Position numbers and translations under genes: made by a program
Part shown: one piece after another, positions 56,754 through 64,000 of the stretch
Layout of the letters: the number at the start of each line of letters is the position of its first letter
How positions within the stretch are numbered: the stretch's first letter is position 1
DNA from: an uncultured delta proteobacterium
GTDB taxonomy: Bacteria > Desulfobacterota > Syntrophorhabdia > Syntrophorhabdales > WCHB1-27
Reading direction: 5' to 3'
DNA length: 64,000 nt
Assembly (NCBI GenBank): GCA_963717985.1
Contig: CAVQYC010000005.1
Location: forward strand, 265,106 to 329,105
Notes under the pieces: generated by a model
Database searches by the model: none
Told to the model about the DNA's origin: nothing
Seen by the model: the letters and a program-made list of their open reading frames with translations, nothing else

Positions 56754-58568
56754 CTACTCCTTGAGCGGCTCTAATATCATATTACTGAGCATCTCTTCTC
56801 TCGACAAAAATGGATACATGTCTTCGAGAGGCTTTGATACAATCCTTCCGTCCGGCTCTTTCTTGGATGAAACGCGGGGACTGAAATTCTGTTCAGGTGA
56901 GAGGATGACTTCACAAACCACAGGTCCCGGGGTTGTCAGTACCTCTTCTATCCTTTCTTTCAGGCCAATCTGGTTGGCGATAACGGCCGAAGGGATTCCA
57001 TAGGCGACCGCGACCCGACAAACATCGGGGAAGGTAACGCCGCTGCTCGGACCGCACGCAACATACCTGCTCTCGAAAAAGCTGTCCTGCGTCTGCCTGA
57101 TGGATACGTAGCCGCCGTTGTTCAGAACAAAGAGTTTTACGGGGACTTTGTGATGGGATAACGTCTGCAACTCCTGTATGTTCATTTGCAGGCTCCCGTC
57201 CCCCGCCAGGCACACGACCGGATTTCCCGATGAGCCGAGGCAAGCGCCTACGGCCGCCGGCAGGTCGTATCCCATGGAGGCACATCCCGAGTTCCAAAAG
57301 AAACGCTGCCCGTCCTTTACGATTCCTGCCTGAAAGAGTGTTACGCAAGCGGTTCCGTTTCCCGCGACCACGATTGCCCTTTCGTCGAGGGCCTCGGTTA
57401 ATGTCTGCATGAAACAGTAAGGATTGACGGGCTCTTTACGCTCCCAGTATTCGGTAAGCACGACCGGGTAGCGCTCTCTGCGCTCACGGCACCAGTCGAT
57501 CCAGGGTTGGCGGTTAGGGAAGGAGGCTATTTCCACTGCTTCCTTGAAACGGCGCAGGAACTCTGTAGCATCGGCGCGGATAGCGACATCGGGAAAAAAG
57601 GTCGGTTTCTTCAGCTCCGCCTCATCTATGTCCACAACGACCTTTATCGCGTTCTTGGCAAAATCACCTGAATTGTAACTCACCTGGCGGATATTGTTCC
57701 TGGAGCCGACCGATATGAGCAGGTCGGCGTTCTGGAGCGCGAAATTTCCAAACCTTGACCCGAGTGTTCCGGGCCTTCCGGCAAAAAGACGATGGCTTGA
57801 AGGTATGAGATCGAAGCCGCAGAATGAGGCAAGTACGGGAATTTGGATCTTATCTACCACCTGCCTGAACAGGTCGATGCCTTTGCTTATCCGGATGCCC
57901 TGTCCGGCCAGAAAAATGGGACGCTCGGCTTTTTGCAGCAGTGCGACCACCTGGGCGACTTGCCGCGAGAGCGCGGCCCCGTCGAACGGCATCTCGTCTT
58001 CCCGGTTGTCGTAGGGGGTGAGGCCATCGGGATCAACGAGGGCCGCCTGCACGTCGAGGGGTATGTCGAGCCAAACCGGGCCGGGCCGTCCGTGCGTGGC
58101 GAGATAGATCGCCTTATCAAGGTGATAGCGGATGTCCTGCGGACCTTTTACGATTGCCGTATACTTTGTCACGGGCCTCACGATATCCGTGATGTTGATT
58201 TCCTGGTCGCCGAGTTGTCTGAGGCTCAATTCGCGGCACGATTCTATTGTTGTTTCTTGCTTTACCTGTCCCGAGAGATAGAGAACAGGCACGGAGTCGA
58301 GCCATTGTCCAATGACGCCGGTGAGGGCATTGGTGCCGCCCGGACCGCTGGTCACGACCACGACGGCGAGCTTGCCCGTGACGCGGGAATACCCTTCTGC
58401 CGCAATGGCAGCCGCTTGCTCATGATGGGGACATATGTATTGGAGGCCCGGCTGCTTCCCTACGGAGTCAACTAGGTGCATCGCCCCTCCTCCAGAGATC
58501 ATAAAAACATCACGCACGGCATACTCGGTCGCAAGGCGGTTAGTCACATAGTCGGTCAACTTGATCAT
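56754..58568 (-). CDS. Thiamine-diphosphate-dependent enzyme, acetolactate-synthase-like (YerE-like candidate)
   Basis: 604 aa. N-terminal Pyr domain (ISGGGAMHL, VTSGPGGTNA) and the ThDP motif GDGSLQMNIQEL...NNGGY, with 24 residues counted between GDG and NN. Confidence 0.8.
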   Translation of the reverse strand: MIKLTDYVTNRLATEYAVRDVFMISGGGAMHLVDSVGKQPGLQYICPHHEQAAAIAAEGYSRVTGKLAVVVVTSGPGGTNALTGVIGQWLDSVPVLYLSGQVKQETTIESCRELSLRQLGDQEINITDIVRPVTKYTAIVKGPQDIRYHLDKAIYLATHGRPGPVWLDIPLDVQAALVDPDGLTPYDNREDEMPFDGAALSRQVAQVVALLQKAERPIFLAGQGIRISKGIDLFRQVVDKIQIPVLASFCGFDLIPSSHRLFAGRPGTLGSRFGNFALQNADLLISVGSRNNIRQVSYNSGDFAKNAIKVVVDIDEAELKKPTFFPDVAIRADATEFLRRFKEAVEIASFPNRQPWIDWCRERRERYPVVLTEYWERKEPVNPYCFMQTLTEALDERAIVVAGNGTACVTLFQAGIVKDGQRFFWNSGCASMGYDLPAAVGACLGSSGNPVVCLAGDGSLQMNIQELQTLSHHKVPVKLFVLNNGGYVSIRQTQDSFFESRYVACGPSSGVTFPDVCRVAVAYGIPSAVIANQIGLKERIEEVLTTPGPVVCEVILSPEQNFSPRVSSKKEPDGRIVSKPLEDMYPFLSREEMLSNMILEPLKE

Positions 58569-59713
58569 GCGTTGCAGTCTCTGTTTGCTTCCTGATCCAT
58601 GGAGGAATCAGCCTTTTTCCAGGGTCTCTTGCCGCCTTCCCGTTTCACCCGATGCCACTCGACCGTCTTCTTGATGGCGCTTATGAAGTCAACGTCTTGT
58701 CTTAACCCAAGTTCCTGACGCGCCTTCGAGGTACTTGGCACGTACCGCTCGGCCTGAAGGCCGGGCGCCTTCTTTTCGTTTATCGTGACCTGTTGGGGCG
58801 GGTCAAAGCAGTCGGCGACGGCGCGGGCGGTTTCGGAGATGGAAACGGCTTGTTCAGACCCCACATTATACGCAGACCCTGCCTTTCCCTTGAAAAGAAG
58901 GACCCATAGCCAGATGGCGAGATCCGAGGCGTAGAGATAGGAACGGAGGGGCGTCCCATCTCCCTTTACCACAATGGGACCCCCGTTGAGGCCATCCCGG
59001 ATAAAGTTCCCTATGGCAAAATGTGTGTCCAGATTCAAATAGGGTCCGACAAAGGCGAAACAGCGTGCGATCACGGTGTCAATCTCATAAGAACGGTGGT
59101 AAGTGGAACAAAGGAGCTCCCCCAATCTCTTGGCCTCACCATACGCCGAGCCGGGATCAAGGGGGTTGGGACCGCCGGAATAACTCTCGGCCACATGGCC
59201 TATGTGGGCGGACTGTTTCCCGTATACAGCCCCTGAGCTGATGAAAAGGAAACGCTCCGTTCCTCGATTCCTCGCCAGCTCCAGAACGGCTTGCGTCCCT
59301 TCGGTAATCGTTTGTACCATCAGCAGGGGAGTTTCCTTGTTCAATGCTGCACTCGCCTGGGCTGCCCCATGTATCACCGCGTCGAATGAGCCTTGGGGCC
59401 ATGCGAAGGTCCTCACATCACCCTGAGTGAACTGAAGGGCGGGATGGGAAGCAAGACGAGGACTGTTCCTCTTGAATGAGTCGAAGTCCCTGGTGAGGAC
59501 AGTCATCCGGGCTCGAAGGTCAAGTTTGTCGCAAGCCCACGTGAAGCTCTCAAGAAGCCACTTCCCGATGAAACCCGTTCCCCCGGTAACGAATATCGAT
59601 TTTCCCCGGAGCTGTTCCCATATCTCTCGCGTGGACGCCAGGATATGATCGAGATCGGAGGATAGCGGATTCTCGCGATTCGTCGTGCGACTGCCGGAAG
59701 GCCTTATTCCCAA
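58565..59713 (-). CDS. Extended SDR, NAD-dependent epimerase/dehydratase/reductase family (YerF-like or RfbS/RfbE-like candidate)
   Basis: VTGGTGFIGKWL Rossmann motif and the catalytic YGEAK (YxxxK). Confidence 0.75.
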   Translation of the reverse strand: MGIRPSGSRTTNRENPLSSDLDHILASTREIWEQLRGKSIFVTGGTGFIGKWLLESFTWACDKLDLRARMTVLTRDFDSFKRNSPRLASHPALQFTQGDVRTFAWPQGSFDAVIHGAAQASAALNKETPLLMVQTITEGTQAVLELARNRGTERFLFISSGAVYGKQSAHIGHVAESYSGGPNPLDPGSAYGEAKRLGELLCSTYHRSYEIDTVIARCFAFVGPYLNLDTHFAIGNFIRDGLNGGPIVVKGDGTPLRSYLYASDLAIWLWVLLFKGKAGSAYNVGSEQAVSISETARAVADCFDPPQQVTINEKKAPGLQAERYVPSTSKARQELGLRQDVDFISAIKKTVEWHRVKREGGKRPWKKADSSMDQEANRDCNA

Positions 59714-60426
59714 TCATCCACCTTGATGCTGCTTTCGGCTACCCCGGCCGCCGTCAAGCAGGACCTAAAGTCCCTAATCATCTGAAGGGGACCGGACAAA
59801 TAGTATACCGAAGCTGTCTCTGCCTTGTTTTCGGCATATATCTCTTCTATAGGGATGATACCCTGTCTGCATCGGCCGACGCCGTCCACGATGCTTCCAT
59901 CCTCGAAATAACAGGAATATTTAAAATCCGCCAATTGCTTCGCGCATTCTCTCAGAAGATCACCACAGATCAAGTCGGCGCCGGTCCTTACTCCGTAGTG
60001 GAGCCTGATCTGTGTGCCTGCCTGTTTATCAAGGCACTGCTCGAGAAAAGAGAGAAAAGGAGTCACTCCGGTGCCCCCTGCGATAAGAACAACCGGGTGG
60101 TCACTCAAGAAAGTGAAGCTCCCGTAAGGCAGCTTCACAAACAACTCGTCACCCTCTTTCACCTCGTGGAACATTCTGGAGGTGAAGGGGCCTTTTACCG
60201 CGAAGACAATCCTCAGTGGATCCCGTGAAGGGGCGCTTGCTATGGAGAAGACGCGTGATTCGGGCCAATGACTTGCGGGGTCATAGGGATCGAGTGCCAG
60301 GTGAAGAAATTGTCCTGGCTTGAAGACGGGGCATTTTTTCAGGGGTCTGAGAAGAAAGGTCTTGACCTTATCGGTATGCTGGATGACGGCTTCTACGACA
60401 ACGGGGATTTTTATCGGCGTAGTCAA
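59704..60426 (-). CDS. FNR-like FAD/NAD(P)H oxidoreductase (E3/AscD/DdhD-like, lacking the ferredoxin domain)
   Basis: FAD motif RVFSIAS and NAD(P) motif GGTGVTPF. At 240 aa it starts directly with the FAD beta-barrel. No Cys-rich 2Fe-2S N-terminal domain is present. Confidence 0.7.
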   Translation of the reverse strand: MTTPIKIPVVVEAVIQHTDKVKTFLLRPLKKCPVFKPGQFLHLALDPYDPASHWPESRVFSIASAPSRDPLRIVFAVKGPFTSRMFHEVKEGDELFVKLPYGSFTFLSDHPVVLIAGGTGVTPFLSFLEQCLDKQAGTQIRLHYGVRTGADLICGDLLRECAKQLADFKYSCYFEDGSIVDGVGRCRQGIIPIEEIYAENKAETASVYYLSGPLQMIRDFRSCLTAAGVAESSIKVDDWE

Positions 60427-61743
60427 CTAATGGTTCCTCAGGAACCGATCGAAGTGCTCGATGATGTAATCGATCTGCGGGTTGCCGAGACCGGGAAAGA
60501 CCCCGATAAAAAAAGTGTTCTCCATGATATAATCGGTGTTCCCCAGGTCGCCGATCTGTCGTTTTTCGATGTCCGCATAAGCCGGCTGGCGCGTCAGGTT
60601 CCCGGAGAAGAGGTTGCGCGTCTCGATCCCGTTTTGTTCGAGATAGGTGGACAGCTCGTTCCGGGTGAAGCCGCTGTTCTTCCTGACGCTTATGACAAAA
60701 CCGAACCAGGAAGGATCGCTGTGAGGGGTCGGCTCGGGCAAGAGCAGCCGGTCCTCGAACTGCCGCAACCCCTTGAGGATGCGGTCAAAATTCTCTTTTC
60801 TTTTTTCGATGAAGCCTTCCAGCTTATCGAGCTGCGCAACTCCTATGGCCGCCTGCATGTCGGTGGCCTTTAAATTGTATCCTATGTGTGAGTAAACGTA
60901 CTTGTGGTCATAGCCAAGCGGCAGGGTGCCGAATTGCTGCGTGAACCTCTTTCCGCAGGTATTGTTTTCACCTCCGCTGCAATAGCAGTCCCTTCCCCAG
61001 TCGCGAAAGGAGCGGACGATTCTTGCAAGATCTTCTGAGTTGGTAAGGACGCAGCCGCCTTCACCCATGGTAATGTGATGCGCCGGGTAGAAGGAACATG
61101 TGGCAAGGTCGCCGAAGGTGCCTGTCAGCTTTCCGGTATACCTGCTGCCCAAGGCGTCGCAATTATCTTCGATGACCCAGAGATTGTTTTTCCTCGCTAT
61201 TTCGACCACTGCCTCGACTTCGAAAGGATTCCCCATGGTGTGGGCCATGAAGATGGCGCGGGTCAGGGGACCTATAGCATCTGCGACCTGCTCGACAAGG
61301 GCATTGTAGGTTCCCAGGTGAACGTCGACAAAGACGGGAATGAGTCTGTTTTGAACGATCGGCGCCACTGTGGTGGGAAAACCTGCCGCTGCCGTGATGA
61401 CCTCGTCTCCCGGCTTGAGCCGCCTCTCTCCCAGCTTGGGGGACGTGAGGGCGCTGAGTGCCACAAGATTGGCGGACGAGCCGGAATTTACGAGGACCGC
61501 ATCGGAGAGGTCGAAGAAACCGGCGAACCTTGACTCGAATTCCTCTGCGTACCGGCCGGCAGTAAGCCAGAAATCGAGCGACGCGTCGACAAGATTGATC
61601 ATTTCCCGTTCGTCAAAGACCCGTCCTGCATAGCGGACGGGGGTTTTTCCGGGAATGAACGGACTCGCGCCGCAGCGCTGCCGGTGAAGCCGTCTTACCA
61701 AATCAAAAATGTCGCTTCTAATCTGCTCTTCTTCCCGCGTCAT
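60427..61743 (-). CDS. ddhC: CDP-6-deoxy-L-threo-D-glycero-4-hexulose-3-dehydrase (E1; RfbH/DdhC/AscC)
   Basis: DegT/RfbH-type blocks NSGSSANL, SFYPAHHITMGEGG (His in place of the PLP Lys) and GYDHKYVYSHIGYNLKATDMQAA. The E1 iron-sulfur motif C-X57-C-X1-C-X7-C was counted directly (EDNC ... RDCYCSGGENNTC). Confidence 0.9.
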   Translation of the reverse strand: MTREEEQIRSDIFDLVRRLHRQRCGASPFIPGKTPVRYAGRVFDEREMINLVDASLDFWLTAGRYAEEFESRFAGFFDLSDAVLVNSGSSANLVALSALTSPKLGERRLKPGDEVITAAAGFPTTVAPIVQNRLIPVFVDVHLGTYNALVEQVADAIGPLTRAIFMAHTMGNPFEVEAVVEIARKNNLWVIEDNCDALGSRYTGKLTGTFGDLATCSFYPAHHITMGEGGCVLTNSEDLARIVRSFRDWGRDCYCSGGENNTCGKRFTQQFGTLPLGYDHKYVYSHIGYNLKATDMQAAIGVAQLDKLEGFIEKRKENFDRILKGLRQFEDRLLLPEPTPHSDPSWFGFVISVRKNSGFTRNELSTYLEQNGIETRNLFSGNLTRQPAYADIEKRQIGDLGNTDYIMENTFFIGVFPGLGNPQIDYIIEHFDRFLRNH

Positions 61744-62836
61744 CAGTGAGCATCCGTTCCATGTAGTCTTTGATCTGGTCTACGTTCACTCGGGCCATAT
61801 CGGCGTTCCCGCTGGATGCCCTGTACCACTCGACCGTTCTCTTGACCGCCTCCTGTACCCGGAGGCATGGCGTCCAGCCGAGCTTATAGCGGGCCTTGTT
61901 GATGTCGAGGATAAGCAGACCGTCTTCATGCGACTGATTATCGACCGCGGTCGATTCCCATGACCCCGATCCCCATTCTGATACTACGAGTCCGACAAGC
62001 TCGCCGACGGTTATAGTAGAATATCTTTCGGGGCCGAAGTTCCATGGGCCGCTGTACATATCCGGATGCTCGCTCATCATCGCCCCGAGGAGCAGGTAGC
62101 CGCCGAGGGGCTCCAGGACGTACTGCCATGGCCTTATAGCATAGGGACTCCTGACCTTTATCGCCTCTCCCGTTTCAAGAAACCTGATGCAGTCAGGCAC
62201 GATCCGGTCTTTGGACCAATCGCCGCCGCCTATCACATTTCCCGCCCGCACCGTGGCGAGAGCCTTTCCGTATGGTTGCGGTCTGTTGCCGTTGAAGAAG
62301 GACTTCGCGTAAGCCGCGCTTATAAGCTCCGAACAGCCCTTGCTCGCGCTGTAGGGGTCATGACCGCCCATAGGGTCGCACTCCCTGTATCCCCAAAACC
62401 ATTCCTTGTTCTCATAGCACTTGTCGCTTGTCACATTAACGATTATCCCGGCCGAATCTGAAAGTCTGCAGCTCTCCAAAACATTGACGGTGCCCCCCAG
62501 ATTCGTGTCAAACGTCTCCTTGGGGCTTTCGTAACCTTTCATTACGAGCGCCTGGGCTGCGAGGTGGAAGACAAACTCCGGCTTGAACTCTTCGAAGACC
62601 TTCCGGAGTGCTCCTAAGTCTCTCACATCGCCACGGACGTCAACGATCCGATCCCCCAACCGTGAGACTACGAAATTGTCACGGGCGGTACGGGGATCAA
62701 GGGCATACCCGACGACATGAGCACCAAGCTCGGCCAGCCAGAGCGCGAGCCAGGAGCCCTTAAATCCTGTGTGGCCGGTTATCAGGACTCTGCGGTCACG
62801 GTAGCACTTTTGAAGGAGATCAGCCGCGCGTCCCAT
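61718..62836 (-). CDS. rfbG: CDP-glucose 4,6-dehydratase
   Basis: VLITGHTGFKGSWLALWL and YSASK are typical RfbG signatures. The ATG at 62836 lies 1 nt after the rfbF stop. The ORF track extends the frame to 62881. Confidence 0.9.
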   Translation of the reverse strand: MGRAADLLQKCYRDRRVLITGHTGFKGSWLALWLAELGAHVVGYALDPRTARDNFVVSRLGDRIVDVRGDVRDLGALRKVFEEFKPEFVFHLAAQALVMKGYESPKETFDTNLGGTVNVLESCRLSDSAGIIVNVTSDKCYENKEWFWGYRECDPMGGHDPYSASKGCSELISAAYAKSFFNGNRPQPYGKALATVRAGNVIGGGDWSKDRIVPDCIRFLETGEAIKVRSPYAIRPWQYVLEPLGGYLLLGAMMSEHPDMYSGPWNFGPERYSTITVGELVGLVVSEWGSGSWESTAVDNQSHEDGLLILDINKARYKLGWTPCLRVQEAVKRTVEWYRASSGNADMARVNVDQIKDYMERMLTDDAGRRAD

Positions 62837-62837
62837 T

Positions 62838-63605
62838 CTACCAGACCTTCCAGGGGCAGGCGCCTGAATCCCAGAGCTCATTGAGGAGCATCACATCCCT
62901 CAAGGTGTCCATGCACTGCCAGAAACTGTCGTGCTTATACGCCGCCAATTGGCCATCCCGCGCCAGCCGCTCCAGGGGCTGGCGTTCAAAAGGCATCTCG
63001 TCGCCGCTAATGTAATCGAAAACTCCCGGCTCCAATACAAAAAACCCTCCGTTGATCCAGCCTTCCCCTAACTGCGGCTTTTCGATGAAGTCGGTGACCA
63101 GCCCGTTATCGATGGCCATACCCCCGAACCTGGACGGTGGACGTACGGCGGTTACGGTGGCAAGCTTGCCATGGCTCTTGTGGAATGCCAGGAGTGCCTG
63201 AATGTCGATATCGGCCACCCCGTCCCCATAAGTGAGCATGAAGGTTTGATTGTCCAGATAGTTCCGGATGCGCAGGATGCGGCCTCCCGTCATCGTCTTG
63301 TCGCCGGTATCGACGAGGGTAATCCTCCACGGCTCGGTACTGTTACTGTGAAGAAGGGAGCTGTTGGTTCTCAGGTCGATGGTAATGTCCGATCCGTGGG
63401 TTACATAGTTTGCGAAGAATTCTTTGATCGTGTAGCCCTTGTACCCCAGGCAGACTACGAAATCCTCAAAGCCCCAGCGTCCGTATATCTTCATGATATG
63501 CCAGATGATCGGTCTCCCTCCGATTTCAACCATGGGTTTTGGCTTGACAATAGTTTCCTCGGTCAAGCGTGTGCCTAGTCCGCCGGCCAGAATGACAGTT
63601 TTCAT
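62838..63605 (-). CDS. rfbF: Glucose-1-phosphate cytidylyltransferase
   Basis: MKTVILAGGLGTRL...KPKPMVEIGGRPIIWHIMKIY is the RfbF N-terminal signature. The ORF track extends the frame to 63641. Confidence 0.9.
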   Translation of the reverse strand: MKTVILAGGLGTRLTEETIVKPKPMVEIGGRPIIWHIMKIYGRWGFEDFVVCLGYKGYTIKEFFANYVTHGSDITIDLRTNSSLLHSNSTEPWRITLVDTGDKTMTGGRILRIRNYLDNQTFMLTYGDGVADIDIQALLAFHKSHGKLATVTAVRPPSRFGGMAIDNGLVTDFIEKPQLGEGWINGGFFVLEPGVFDYISGDEMPFERQPLERLARDGQLAAYKHDSFWQCMDTLRDVMLLNELWDSGACPWKVW

Positions 63606-63774
63606 GATAGTACCTCGTTCATGCGGGTGAGAGGCGGGCAATCATCGACAAAAAGTGTGCGCTTCGCCACAGATTTGGGTCGGCGCAACAGATGAAGCAT
63701 CGAGATTGGTCGCCGCTGGAAAATGCAATATTGACAAACACGACCGATAGCATACGGCTAAGAAGACAAGGAAT

Positions 63775-64000
63775 TCAAGGCTTTTTTCCAGGAGCGGCAC
63801 CGCCTCCCGTAATCTCCTCCACGTACCGGTCCACGCTGCTTGTCCAGTCCGGTATCTCCGCGCCGAGGGCGGCTGCGAGCTTCGCGTTCGACAGCGCTGA
63901 AAAGCGGGGGCGCCGGGCAGGGGAGGGGAAATAGTCCGTGGAAACGGGTATGATGGTATTCGTCATGCCCATCCGCGTCAGGAAGTAACGCGCGATCTGA
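63775..64000 (-). CDS. rfbD: dTDP-4-dehydrorhamnose reductase, C-terminal part only (the gene continues beyond the window)
   Basis: TDYFPSPARRPRFSALSNAKL...IPDWTSSV matches the RmlD C-terminal pattern (YPTPAxRPxxSxLxxxKL...PxW). The frame stays open to the window edge. Confidence 0.65.
   Translation of the reverse strand, partial: QIARYFLTRMGMTNTIIPVSTDYFPSPARRPRFSALSNAKLAAALGAEIPDWTSSVDRYVEEITGGGAAPGKKP

Overview
A 64-kb bacterial window, moderately GC-rich; the taxon cannot be assigned from the sequence alone. No rRNA, tRNA or CRISPR array was seen. It has three parts. (1) 0.2-9.2 kb is an IS pile-up. An IS3-family element (236-4908) has its orfA and orfB split by a nested IS21-family element plus an IS200/IS605 element. 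A second, 3'-truncated IS200 copy follows, then two diverged IS1182/IS5-like elements in head-to-tail tandem that share a single AATG. (2) 9.2-32.8 kb mixes accessory and housekeeping genes: vapBC, an RHH-PilZ fusion, an IS1634-like element, an HD hydrolase, an AAA ATPase, a secreted beta-helix protein, a vapC remnant and a hydrolase/PNPOx-like/PfkB operon. Next come radC-nadK-recN-GNAT-pmbA, four glycan genes and a PIN/Phd pair. That last 11-kb block is bracketed by two near-identical IS3-family copies in inverted orientation, and by inverted copies of a ~0.4-kb repeat unit carrying 10-bp and 13-bp tandem arrays. (3) 32.9-64 kb is a single-strand glycan locus of about 31 kb and 28 genes. It contains rfbD (partial), rfbF, rfbG, ddhC, an E3-like reductase, an extended SDR, a YerE-like ThDP enzyme, two aldolase-like paralogues, an SDR and a DHQS-like enzyme. 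It also contains two GtrB/GtrA-type modules, three orphan polytopic membrane proteins, AsnB, two GT4 enzymes, six SAM methyltransferases and a B12-binding radical SAM enzyme. The best candidate for new biology is the sugar-nucleotide sub-cluster at 53.3-63.6 kb. It looks like a yersiniose-type branched dideoxyhexose pathway with an unexplained cyclase/aldolase extension, set in an unusually methylation-rich locus that lacks canonical export machinery.
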